Positions 38,117 through 49,200 of a stretch of 64,000 bases of DNA are shown here, piece by piece. How positions within the stretch are numbered: position 1 is the stretch's first letter; the number at the start of each line of letters is the position of its first letter. The position numbers were made by a program, and so were the translations under genes. Source of the DNA: Camelus ferus (lineage: Eukaryota); NCBI RefSeq assembly GCF_009834535.1, contig NC_045698.1, positions 5,024,001 to 5,088,000 on the forward strand. Direction: 5' to 3'. The notes under the pieces are model-generated. The model worked only from the letters and a program-made list of their open reading frames with translations, ran no database searches and was not told where the DNA came from.

Positions 38117-39793
38117 GCCAGGGCAGCACCAAACCCAAAGTAGTTAAGAGGCTCCACCAAGTTCCATCAACAGGAGCAGGGGCAAGGAGTTTACAGAGAA
38201 GACCCAGAAACGAAGAGAATGATTTGATTGCCTATACTTTCATCAGGTTTCTTATTTGGGAAAGTCTGGACGGCTGCTTGGTGCTAAGTTTCACTTCCTC
38301 AGATGTCAGTGCATCAGCTCTGGCTTGGGTTCTGGTTTGCTTAGACAGGCAATCCAGGCATTAGAACCATCACAGTCCTATGGTCTCCCTGTTTAAATAG
38401 TGCATAGAGGAGGGGTGCCGTTCCAGGCAGGAAGAGGCAGGTGGGTAGTTCCAGAAAGGAGGATGGGATGGGGACCTCAGGGCTTCATGCAGATCACTTC
38501 ATCTAGAGCTTAAACCAGGAGGGATGAAGGCATTAGAGACCTGACAGGGCTGCTGCTAGCAAGCCCCGGCATTTCACAGCTGGAGGTGGTTTTCTTACGT
38601 ATGTGATGGGACATAGCATGGCCAGATATCGGCTCCAGGCAGAGCACTGGGGGGATGGATACGAGCAGGCAGCAAGGCAGGTGAGAGATTCTAAAGACTT
38701 GACTAAGGCAAGAGAGTGGGACTGTGGAAAATAGGGGAGGCTTGGAAGAGACTGTGATAAAGTTGGAGGAACGATGGCTGTTTGGATGTTGGCAGGTAAC
38801 AGAGTAAGAGAGTGGAGGACAAGTCCTTGTCCCAGCTCAGTCATCTTACAGATGGTCACAGAGGGACAGGAAGGCTTGGCAGGCGTGGTTTTAATTTCAG
38901 TTTTGGACTTGCCACCTATGATGGGGGACCGTTTAAAAGGGAAGTGCCTCCTGAGGTGGGTATGAAGATGTTTGTGTACCTCACGTGCTGCAACACTCAG
39001 TGTGCTCCTTAAACATTCTACTTGGGGTTCTTTTGGAAAACTTCCATTTAAGAACAAAATTTCCTGAATTTGTAATAGGGAATCTACAACTCAGTTCACA
39101 GGGATCATAATCTTTGGAATTAAATTTAGGAGCGTACTACTTTTTTCAGAAATGTTAGCAATAATAAACAAAATCCAACAACCAAAACAAGCTTCTTCTG
39201 AGCCGTTATCTTCATCTTCTGCCCCTCAGTTTGGGCAGTCACGCTCGGCATTAGAGTGACCACCCATGGGGGTGACTCACCTCACTCCACCTTACCTCTT
39301 CTTCCTTGTTGTCGACGTCTCAACCATGGTTCAGCTGCAGAAAGAAGATGAGATTTTCAGTGGACACTTCATAAATCCTGAGTCTTCACTGCCTGGAATT
39401 GTTTTGTCTCTGATGTGTTGCTGGGAGCTGAAGCACCAGATTTCATTTTTCTCTTGAGAAAACCAACTGCAATGGTACTTCCTGTACACACTTGTCCTGG
39501 ACATGTTCAGCGTCTCATCTCATACAGGCTGCAACCTTTTGCTATACTGAGTGAGTAGAACTGGCAGCATGAGGTGCTCAATAGTGGGTGAAAACCTTGC
39601 CATTTTAGGATTTGAAGATATTGTGAGATTTTTTAAAAGTATGAATGTAGTGCCAATAGCAAATACTTATATGCATATAACCTCTTCAGGACCTGGGCAA
39701 TACTTCTATCAACTTGAGTTCTGATCAAAGTCATCTACTAGCATTATTTGCCAACTGTACTCTTTTCTTTAAAGAATAAAATCACCTTATGTC

Positions 39794-39950
39794 TTCATTC
39801 ATTCACTCAATCATTAATTCATCTAGCCCATATCTATTAAGCATTTACTACGTGTTTGGCAAATTTCAGGTAATAGAGGTATAACTAGCGATCAAAAGAA
39901 ACAAAATCTCTTGCCCTTAATTAATCTACCTTCTAGTGCAGGAAGACTGA
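39794..39950 (-). mobile_element. L2 3' end
   Basis: ttcattcattcactcaatc...tattaagcatttactacgtg...cttctagtgcaggaagac. Confidence 0.7.
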
Positions 39951-41833
39951 CCACATTAAGACAAAAATAAGATTCATGTGTGTCTACTGATTGCCATGGC
40001 GTACTGCTGGAACAGGCTCACTCTTGCATTTATACTGAAGGAATTAGCACTTGTTAACAAATGCCTACATATAACTTAAGAAACTTTTCTTAGGGCATAA
40101 TTTCCTTATTTGTATTCAATGTAAGTGATTTTTCCCCCCTTGATCTAAAAACATTGATTAAAATCCATCCCTTTATCCATCCCAGAGTAATATAAACGTG
40201 TCGGAAAAATCCTTGGAATAATTGGTTCATTCTTCTTACTTTACAGAGAAATAAACTGAAGCTCAGAGATGATTATGACTTCCTCAAGGATATATAGTTG
40301 GTATCAGAGGTGACGCAAAAATCCAGCACTTTAAGAAAGCTATTACAAGAATATTGACAATTTTTACAACAGTGTAAATACAAGAAGTGAGTTTGTTATT
40401 TTTAAATTCAAGTATAAAACCATGAATCAAACATGGTGGGGTGGCTTAAAATCTTAAGCTAAGTTATTTGAATTGAATGAATTCAGAACTGGGCAAAAAT
40501 AGTCACGAATTCTGTCCTAGCATTGTTTTTCACACAGACAGTTTCTTATCCCTCAAAGTACATTATTTATCAATGTGAGAGTATAATTAAATTATTCTCT
40601 CATTGGCTATTTTAAGGGACACCTAAAAGGGATATAAAAATAAAAGTCAAGGTATCTGAATTATCCACTGGAGCTTGGTAAATAAGCCCCCTCTTCCGGT
40701 ACCTCCCTAGGCAACAAATCCTGAGCACACATCTCTGCTCCATGAGTCATTACTTCTTAGATTACATTCTCTGAGCAGGAGCAGAGAAATCAATATCTCA
40801 CACAAGGTTGCCGACGTGCTGGGACTGGTAGTCATTAACCTATTCTCACGCCTCCCACAACTCACAGAAGGAATTCCAGTGTCTCGGTGGATTTTGAACC
40901 AAGTTCTTTCCTAACAAACTTGGGAACGGCAGGGGGATTTTGTGAACGGTCTGTTTCAAAATACTTGTACCACCTTCTCACGTATTCAGGACTGTAACTC
41001 CCAGTAAGTCACCTGAAATCAGATGTTAAAGATGAGCCCATGAAATATTTATCCTATTTTGTCAGCTGAGAAATAATTGATCAAATACACCAAGCAAGTA
41101 GGATTTTTCAAAGACATGTCGAGATCATCCCACACCAAATGGGAAAGAAAAGGAATACATTAAGGGTCCATTCAGCCGTGTTTCTCGGATGCTCTGAAAA
41201 CTGCATTGCAAAAAGAGTTCCTTAGTGAGCTGAAACAGTTAATGAGACTTCCAGGAGCCACAAGCTGGCTTTGGTTGTGTGGCTTCTGTATTCACAGACT
41301 CTGGTTCAATAAAAATGTAAATGTTATCTAGGTACACAGAACATATTTCATGGTGATAATGAATCTGTTGACATACTGTTCATACTTTATTATATAAATT
41401 GTAGTGATGTAGTTGCCGGAGAGGGGAAATACTCAGTGCTCAGCCCTACAGGATGCTCTGGGTTGGCACATGTCTGTGCCTGTCCTTGGCACAGTTTGCC
41501 CGCCTGCCTTTAATCTGTGACATTGGGAAGAGCCCAACGGCGTCCTTATTGACTGAGCTAATATAACTGGATTTGGAATAGGAACTAGAAGATGGGTTAT
41601 TTTTAAAAGCAAAAGCCATCAATTCAAAAACCCATCCTGCAGCATAACTAGTTAACAGATTTCTAATTACTCAGGTGTGTCATAGTGTGTGTGAGAAGTG
41701 ATCAGATTAGAAGGGGACAGGTGGCCGGCAGCTCCCAGGTGGGGGAGCCTGCCTGCTTGAACTCAAGCCTGCACCTCACCCTCACTCTGCACCGCAGGCA
41801 GAGATGTGAGTCCTGTTTAGTGTCACCAGCTAG

Positions 41834-41994
41834 CAGGAACAGCTCTCTAATTTGCGGAGCCCAGGGCAAAATAAAAATGGGTGACCCCCTCGTTCAAAAT
41901 CTATTAAGAATTTCAGGATGGTGACAGTAGAACCTTAAACCAAGCATGGGGCCTGTGCAAGGGCACAAATCACGCTCGCATGACGCCTGCTCTG
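41834..41994 (-). mobile_element. MER45A-like hAT-Tip100 MITE
   Basis: taatttgcggagcccagggcaaaataaaaatg...gttcaaaatctattaagaatttcaggatggtgacag...ttaaaccaagc. Confidence 0.8.
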
Positions 41995-42018
41995 CCTTCC
42001 GGGTTCTAAGGATGGAGG

Positions 42019-42034
42019 GCTGCCCTCTAGTGTC
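42019..42034 (-). promoter_or_regulatory. Candidate CTCF site
   Basis: Minus strand GACACTAGAGGGCAGC resembles the CTCF core (CCACYAGRGGGCRSY); unique sequence ~4 kb upstream of the ATG. Confidence 0.5.
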
Positions 42035-42960
42035 GCAGGAAAAATGATTTCTCCTTCCTAATGCTTCCTCTTTTTTTTTTTTTTTTTTTTTCCTCTTTCC
42101 CCACTCCTTCAGGTCCAGTTAGAGCTTCCGCAGCTTTTTCGGGCATTTTGTCACAAATGAATTGATACAGAGTAAATCTATGGGCGAACCCCTTTGCTCT
42201 CCAGCCCTGCTACGCAAGGCCACAGAAATGAACCATTGAACTCCTTGGGGTCCCTTTAGTTGCATGAGTTTATATTCCATGCTCCCGGCTTTGTACCAAA
42301 GGGCATTTTTGATTCCATTTCATGCTGCTTGGGGGTTATTATTTTTTTTTCTTTTCTTTTTTCCCTTCAAACTAGAAACTGTTGTGGACTTTTTAAAAGG
42401 TTTACTTGGTGCCACTGATTCTAAAATGCTGATAGAATAACTCTAATGATTCTATTTTGGTTCATATTTTATTTTGTATTAAGCATAAAACTATGACAGA
42501 GGTCCAAAAAGCCCAATATAACCTCAGGAAACCTGATATAGCTTGGTTTTTATATTACATTCCTTCCACGACCTTTGTCTACAATGCTAAAATTTAAATT
42601 GTACGAGAGCAGGGGATGAATGTTGAATTTTGCTCATGTTTTGGTTTTTGTAGCCCTACTTTTCAAAGAACATTGGACATTCCTACAAGAGTCCTAGGCA
42701 TGGTCCATGTTTCCCCCCTGAACATCTGGCATGTGATAGGCACAAAATAAATATTTGTTGAATAAATTAATGAAAGAATGAGTGATAAAAAAATCTTATA
42801 GGGGTCAGGTGCAAAATTCCCTCCATGCAGAGTCTCTTTAAATTATACTTTGCTATTATACTTAACAAGATCTCCTAAAAATCTTACAATAACCCCTTTT
42901 ACTATGTGGAGAATATGTATATATGGTATAGATACTGGTTGTTAAAACCTTCCCATTTTC

Positions 42961-43327
42961 ATGTGGTGTATGTAAAATACTACTCAGCCATTAAAAAGAA
43001 TGAAAAGTTGCCATTTGTGCAACATGGATGGACTTGGAGAGCATTATGCTAAGTGAAGTAAATCAGACAGAGAAAGACAAAGAATGTATGACATCACTTA
43101 TATGTGGAATCTAAAAACACAACTAGTGAATAAAAGCAGACTCACAGATATACAGAATGAACTAGTGGTTACTAATCAGGAGAGGAGTGGGGGGAAGGAC
43201 CGTCTAGGGGTAGAGGATTGAAAAAAGGGGTTATTAGGGGATTGTAAGAAATCATGTGTGTGAAACTTTTGAAAATTGTAAAGCACTATAGAATTTAAAG
43301 ACGCTTTCACTCCAAAAAAAAAAAAAA
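42961..43327 (+). mobile_element. 5'-truncated L1 3' end with poly(A)
   Basis: tactactcagccattaaaaagaatgaa...gcattatgctaagtgaa...tcacttatatgtggaatctaaaaa; ends in an A14 tract. Confidence 0.9.
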
Positions 43328-45590
43328 TGCCCCACTTCCCCACTAGAGACGAGAAAATAATTAAACATGTACTTTTCCCTCACAAGTCTTGCAGTCCTTT
43401 TTACCATAAACCTAAATTACCGATTATTCACTTTTTCTTCTTTCCAGAGTGGGCAAAGGCAGCTGTTTATCAATACGAAGGGTGAAGAGACATTGAGAAT
43501 TGGAGAGAAGATGTGGCTCTAACAGGAAAAGACCGGAAATGCGCACAGACCTCGGGCTGAGCAGGAGGGAGGGTCAATCCCACAGAGGCTGCGTCTAACT
43601 TCCCGCTCTCCCGGGCTTCCTTGGGAAAGACCAGGCTCTTCCATCAGTGCTGGTTTGCAGCTTGCTCTCAGAACTACCAAACCCTAAAATCACCTGGTCC
43701 AAGAGAAAGAACTGAGGCCAAGGATGGAGTCTGGACCCGCGGGGAAAGGTTGAGGTTGGAATTACCCGAGTTACAGTCTATACAGCCCGGTGTGGGGGTT
43801 AAACGGGAGAGCAGGCAAGGTGGGTGCGGGCGGCAGATGCGCAGCTCTAGAAGAAGGGAGTTCCGTTCTCCTGACGTCCAGGAGACGTCCAGGGTAGGGG
43901 TCTTCTCCCATCCGTTGCCCCCTCCCGTTTCTCCTCCTCTCCAGGTCAGGAGGAGGGCAGGAGGTCAGGAGAAAGGCGCAGGACCAGGAGGAGCCCGGAG
44001 GGGCAGGGCCGCCTGCTGGGCGTCCAGGGTCCGGGACACACCCCTCCCGCCCCCGCCCCCCAGCCGAGGTCTCGGGCGGCCAGTGCCGGAGCGTCGCCTT
44101 TCTCTGGTCTACACGTCCTGAGCAGAACAGGTATTAACCCAGACTAAAAATTAAGCCCCTGGAAGGCGCCAGGGCCTCTTTCCCTTGGTGGCCTGGGTCT
44201 TATGGTCACTGGGCACGCAGTTACCCAGTTCAATGCCCTCGCCCGTCAGGGGGACAGGAGGGCCCACGCGGGCAAAAGGGCAGTTCGCGAAGGTTCTCCA
44301 TGTGCTAGTTGGGTGCCCCGGTCTCAGACCTCCCGACCTCCGCCCTCACTGCTCTGGTCGCCTCCTGAGGAAACAAGTACGTAGCAGCCACCTCCTGGGC
44401 TGTTTGCTGTTCGCACGAGACGGGAGGGTCGCGGTGCCTCGGATTCCTTAGGCTTGGGGAGGAGATGGGGTTTGCGGGCCTTGGGGCCAGACAGCGTTTG
44501 AATAGGAGGAAGCCTCGAGAAGGGTGGGCTTCTTTGGAAAGCGCCAGTGAGCTCCCCTGCCGCCCAGGGAGAGGGCCGGCGTCTCGGCTCCCAGGCGGGT
44601 GGCGGGTGGGAGGGGGCGCTGCCCTGCTACACGCCTGTCCCCACGCAGCGCCAGCCCGGTCTCTAGCGCCCCCCGCGCCCAGTCCCCAAGGTGGCGTGGA
44701 GGAAGACAATCCCTGAGCCGACTCCGCCCTCCCCCGCGCCCAGCCGCTCGCTTTCCCCTGGCGCGCCCTCACCGTCTTCCCTGCCGCACAGCAGGGGCTC
44801 GCCGGGGATCTTGGACCCGCCAGAGGGCTCCCCTAAACTCCGATGCAGAAAAGTGTGCCACCTCCGGTACCCCCAAAGTGACTTAAGCAGAAACTGCAGG
44901 GCGCTAGTGAGGCTCCCTACCGGAGGACGTGGCGGGGTGCAGCGTTCGGTCACACCCGCCTCCCTGCTCCATTGCGCATTTGGGGCTGTTCTCTGCCAAG
45001 GGGTCTCCTCGTCCCCTCGCGCCTTTCCGTCCCCCTCAGGGAAGTCCCCCTGCCCTCTGAGATAGGAGAAGCGTGGGAACCCCCCCCCACCAAGCCTGCT
45101 TTACTGAGATGAAGAGGAGAGTGGGAAACCCCTGCCCACTAAAGGGGTGCGGAGGGAAGGAGAACCCCTCCTCCTAGCGCCCAGATGGTGAAAAGGAGGG
45201 AGTCCTTGCTGTTCTCTGAGTAGGGGCTACTAAACGATGGGAGGTCTCCTCCCGGCTACGCTCTGAGAAAGTGGAAAGTGGGGAGGAGCACCCGCCCCAC
45301 CCCATCCCCCGCAGCCCACTCAGAGACTGGGGGGACTGGAGGACTGCAGGGCGAGAGTTTCCCCCCTCCTAGTACTTTGAGCTGGAGAGGATTTAGGAGC
45401 CCTCGTAGTCTTCTGGGCGAGGTGGTAGGTGGGGGGACAGAGAGTGGGAACCCCCAGAACGTGTTCAGGGGCCGTGCAGAGGACGGTGGCAGTCCCCCCC
45501 CGCCCAGATCGTGGGGAAGAGGTGGACCACGCTGAAGCTGAGTGAGGGCGGGCCGAAGAGGGGGACGTCCGGGGCCGGGGCGCGGCCCGT

Positions 45591-45620
45591 GCCCCCCCCT
45601 GCCCCGCCCCGCCCCGCCCC
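45591..45620. promoter_or_regulatory. Tandem GC boxes (GCCCC)4, SP/KLF sites; G-quadruplex-forming on the minus strand
   Basis: gcccccccctgccccgccccgccccgcccc, ~400 bp upstream of the ATG. Confidence 0.7.
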
Positions 45621-46013
45621 GCACGCGTCTCAGTCCGCCAGCCCCCCACCTCCCCCAGCGCGCGGCCCGGCCGTCGGGGGGCGGCGGTGGTTGGCGGCCG
45701 GGCTGCGCCGCGCGAGGTGGGGGGAAGGGGCGGGCCGAGCGCCCCCTGTCGCACCCGCCCCCTCCTGCGCTGTGGCGGCAGCGGCGGCGCCGGGAGCTGC
45801 CCCCGAGGCCGCTGCCCGGCCCCCGCCCGCGCGTCAGCGCGCCCAGCCCGGGGCGCCGAGCTCCGCCCGCGCCGGAGGGCCCTGCGCGCTGCCGGGAGCG
45901 CGGGCAGCCGGGCCGGCCCAGGCGGCGCGGGGGTGGGACGCGGGCGGCAGCGGGCGAGCGGGCGGCGCAGCCCCGGCCGGGCGCGCTCGGCGGGCGCCCC
46001 GCGAGCCGCCCCG

Positions 46014-46253
46014 ATGTGGCAGGAGGCGATGCGGCGCCGCCGCTACCTGCGGGACCGTGCCGAAGCGGCGGCGGCGGCGGCGGCGGGCGGCAGCGGCGGC
46101 AGCGGCGGCGGCGACGGGCTGCAGCGGTCCCGGGACTGGCTGTACGAGTCCTACTACTGCATGAGCCAGCAGCACCCGCTCATCGTCTTCCTGCTGCTCA
46201 TCGTCATGGGCGCCTGCCTCGCCCTGCTCGCCGTCTTCTTCGCGCTCCGGCTG
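46014..46253 (+). CDS. ADCY2: Adenylate cyclase type 2, coding part of exon 1 (80 codons: cytosolic N-terminus plus first transmembrane helix)
   Basis: Translates MWQEAMRRRRYLRDRAEAAAAAAAGGSGGSGGGDGLQRSRDWLYESYYCMSQQHPLIVFLLLIVMGACLALLAVFFALRL, matching the known mammalian ADCY2 N-terminus (MWQEAMRRRRYLRDR...RSRDWLYESYYCMSQQHPLIVFLLLIVMG). Ends at a phase-0 canonical donor CTG|GTGAGT and lies in a CpG island. Confidence 0.97.
46065..46112 (+). repeat. Coding trinucleotide repeat (GCG)7 + (GGCGGCAGC)2 + (GGC)3 = A7-GGSGGSGGG
   Basis: Read directly in the exon 1 frame. Confidence 0.95.
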
Positions 46254-46259
46254 GTGAGT
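46251..46259 (+). other. ADCY2: 5' splice donor of ADCY2 intron 1 (CTG|GTGAGT)
   Basis: Near-consensus U2 donor exactly where homology to ADCY2 (…ALxL|EVEDH) stops. Confidence 0.93.
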
Positions 46260-49200
46260 GGCCTCCCCGCGGGACCTGCCCCGCGCGCTCCCGGGCCCCG
46301 AGAAGAGAGGGACCTCCCCGGCGAGGCGCGTCCCGCCCGGGGCCGCCCCGCGGCCCGCGGCTCTCACGCCGCCCGCCTGCCCGCGGTCAATCTGGCTCCG
46401 GGGAGAACTGCGGGCAAGAGAAAAGTTTCCTTGGGAGGTTCTGTCCAAGATAAAGTTGCCGGGGTGTGGACCAGGTGGACGGACAGGGCGTGGGTTTTCC
46501 ATCTCTGCGCACCCGCGGGCTAACTCCGTGGCGCTTTCCACCCCGCGCCCCTGCCCGCAACCTCGGCTCAAATAAGTCTCCATCCGAATCAGCGTCGCGT
46601 TTCTTCGCGAGGCCGCTGCACGGCTCCCTGAGCTGGCGTTTTAGTTTGGATCGGACGTTATTTAACTCAGTAAAAAGCCTGCCTTGGGAAAGTGGTTCAT
46701 GGCGAGGGAAATTTAAAAAAGTATATGATTATACATCTTTGCCTTTCAATGTGTGTTATTTGTGAGTTGGGATGTTGACCTGTTGTGAATCTTCCTTCTG
46801 CGTGTTTAAGAAGCGTCTATGAACCGTTGCTTTTCTATTTCTAGAGAGGTTGGTTCATCGTGGTTACTGTTTCGTACAGGTTATTAAACTGCACTGCATC
46901 TCTAGGAGCATAATGCAACTCAACAGCTCACGTCAGTTTTGCCAGTTTATATTTTTTTCAAGCAGAAATCCTTGGCTCACCCCCTTGAGCAGCGAGGGGA
47001 AATCTGTAGATGGCGGTAAACTTCCTGTCACTGATCTTTCTGTTGGTCTGGTTCAAACTTTTACTCCGCCTCTGATATGTATGTGCAGACTGTGTGCCAG
47101 GCATCGATTATCCAGTGAGATATTTTTGGTCAGTGGTTGATTTGGGGATGTCTGCACTGAAGGATGTTTTTTTAGCTGAGGATATAAATATGCACCTGTA
47201 TTCATGTCCGCGGAGCAAAGGAGTGGGTGTTTGCTTTTATTTCACCAAGTGTGCAAGATAGCTGTCCCTGGTATTTGGCAATTTCTTCCTGATATCCTGA
47301 GCCAGATGGTGCTCAAATATTATGCATGGGAAAACTTGTTGTCATCAGTTCTTTAAAAAAAAATGGAAATTTTGTTTTTCCCCAAGCTAGTCAAGAGGTG
47401 TTGTCTTCTGATGGAATTCAGTGAGAAAAGAATGAAAAATAGAATGCAGATGGTCATGATGCCACTGGCCACAACTGACTCTTATGTTATACAACACAGA
47501 GCAGAGAGCACTTTGATTCTGTATTCTGGGTGTGGGTTCAGGGCAGTCCTCACCCCCTTACATCCAGCCTGGAGTCCTCCCTGGATGGGCAGCTTTGTCA
47601 AAGAGACTTCTGTTCAGTCTTATTGGCAAGCAGGTTCTCTAAAAGCATCTCCTTTTCATTGCCATTCTTGCAGGTTCTGCCGGGACATTGCTGCTTATGA
47701 TTCTGTTGAATCTGTAATTCAAACCCGTTCTGGCTGGTTCTCTTCTAAATGGAAAAGGAGGAGCAGGTGATGGCCTATTTATAGCACCATTAATATATTT
47801 AAAGACAAGTGTGAAGTTCATGCCTCCCCTCCAGACACCACTTTGTTTGCTATGATACAGATCTCTAACTTCTTAAACCTTGATCTGTGTAGAGTCTTGA
47901 ATGGGTCGTCAGAGATTCCGTGCAGTCAGCTGAAAGCTCCCTTCTCAATTTGTCTTTGCTCTTCGTGTTTTTTTATACAGTTCCTTTATGTGGTGCACAT
48001 GCTGGAGTGGTATCATTTTTAAAAGTTTATTCAGGCATCTTTACTTTTCCTTGATGAATCAATCATTTCCACACATTGCTGGCTTTCTGCTAAATCATCT
48101 TAAGCACAAAGCAGGCACTTCCCATGGCATGGCTGTAGCCCAGAGCGAGGTCTAGAGACAGTGGAGCAGACCCTGTGTTTTGCTGTACCTGCTACACAAT
48201 CTGACTACTGTGTAAATCCTTCTAGCTGAAGAGCTGTGCGGACACGTTCCCGAATCAGGAAGGGTGACTCGGTTGGGTGGAAAGGCTACCTTCACGTGGG
48301 AACTGGGGCTGCTGGGCCTGGCGGGATCTGGGAAATGGGAGGAATGGGCACCATCCTCTGAAGCGTCACTTTAGGAAGGACTGGGACCGTTCTGAGCTCT
48401 GGACAGCTCATTTCTATTTTGCTTTTAGTAATATCATAAACAGGAGTTCCACTTTGCAAAAATATTCTCCATCCAGAGAGTCAAAGGTGCTTAGGTTAGG
48501 AGCATTGGACGGTGTTAACACAGAGCCACGTGCGCGTGGAGTGGGTGAGTTCATGTCTCTGACCAGAGCTTAGCTTCCGAGAGAGAGCTCTATCTCGGGA
48601 GACGGGAAGAGAGAGCTGCTTGGGGCTAGCCCAAGTTTCCACCGTCGAGCGCTCTGCTAGAATCTCTAGGCTCTGATGTAATTCAGGAGCTTGGGCAGAT
48701 CTATTTTTTGCTGCCTGAAATCTTGGACAGATTCCTGCTTTCCCATGAATCTGCCAGAATTTGACTTCCATTAGACTTCCGTCAGATCTTGTAGTGAAAA
48801 AAGTCTGGCAGCTTTCTTAATGCACATCCATAGTCTCCCAGAACATTTGGATCACAAAATGATCTTAGTATCATCCAGGTACAGAGTGAATTTTTGCTAT
48901 ATGCCATTGCCTTTGTGCGAAGTGACTTGAAATATTTATTGAGAAGGAAAAAATTCCGCTTTGCCTCGACTGAGTATTTCCCTTATTGAAATAAGAGTTT
49001 ATTATTCACAAACTGCTTTCACGCTTAAATTTCAATCTATGGTCAATACATGCATGTGCGTCATTGATCGTGAAGTTAAAATAATCTGCAAGGTATGTTA
49101 TTATGCGGTAAACATAAACTCTGAATTGAAACTTTACTATCTTGCTTAACTATTTCTACGTAAAAAGTTATTAGCTATTAAATAGGTTTATCCCCATGTT

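Larger units (their letters stand above)
37718..38404 (-). mobile_element. ERV1-class LTR interrupted by two SINEs
   Basis: ttgaggcacgttaaaaattttaaagggtttatttggg | gggcagcaccaaacc...ttggtttgctta...ggcattagaacc...gtttaaatagtgca is colinear across the SINEs. Confidence 0.65.
43730..46650. promoter_or_regulatory. CpG island / ADCY2 promoter (core ~45480-46640, upstream lobe ~43730-45060)
   Basis: Very high GC and CpG density compared with flanks; multiple GC boxes; no obvious TATA box; spans exon 1. Confidence 0.9.

Noticed and set aside
45687..46013. GTG-initiated 109-codon in-frame N-terminal extension of ADCY2 (ORF 45687..46523)
   Set aside because: Lack of stops is expected in such GC-rich DNA (other frames are also open). 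The peptide is low-complexity and the GTG probably lies upstream of the TSS.
46460..46495. Possible REST/RE1 site (ggacggacagggcg)
   Set aside because: Only the right half-site resembles RE1; the TTCAGCACC half is absent.
46254..46523. Read-through of the exon 1 frame into the intron (169-aa single-TM product)
   Set aside because: The donor is strong, the extension is GC-driven low complexity, and no canonical AATAAA follows closely.
43621..46765. Many long overlapping ORFs on both strands (e.g. 303 aa 45542..46453, 249 aa 45834..46583)
   Set aside because: Arg/Pro/Gly/Ala-rich CpG-island artefacts with no recognisable domain.
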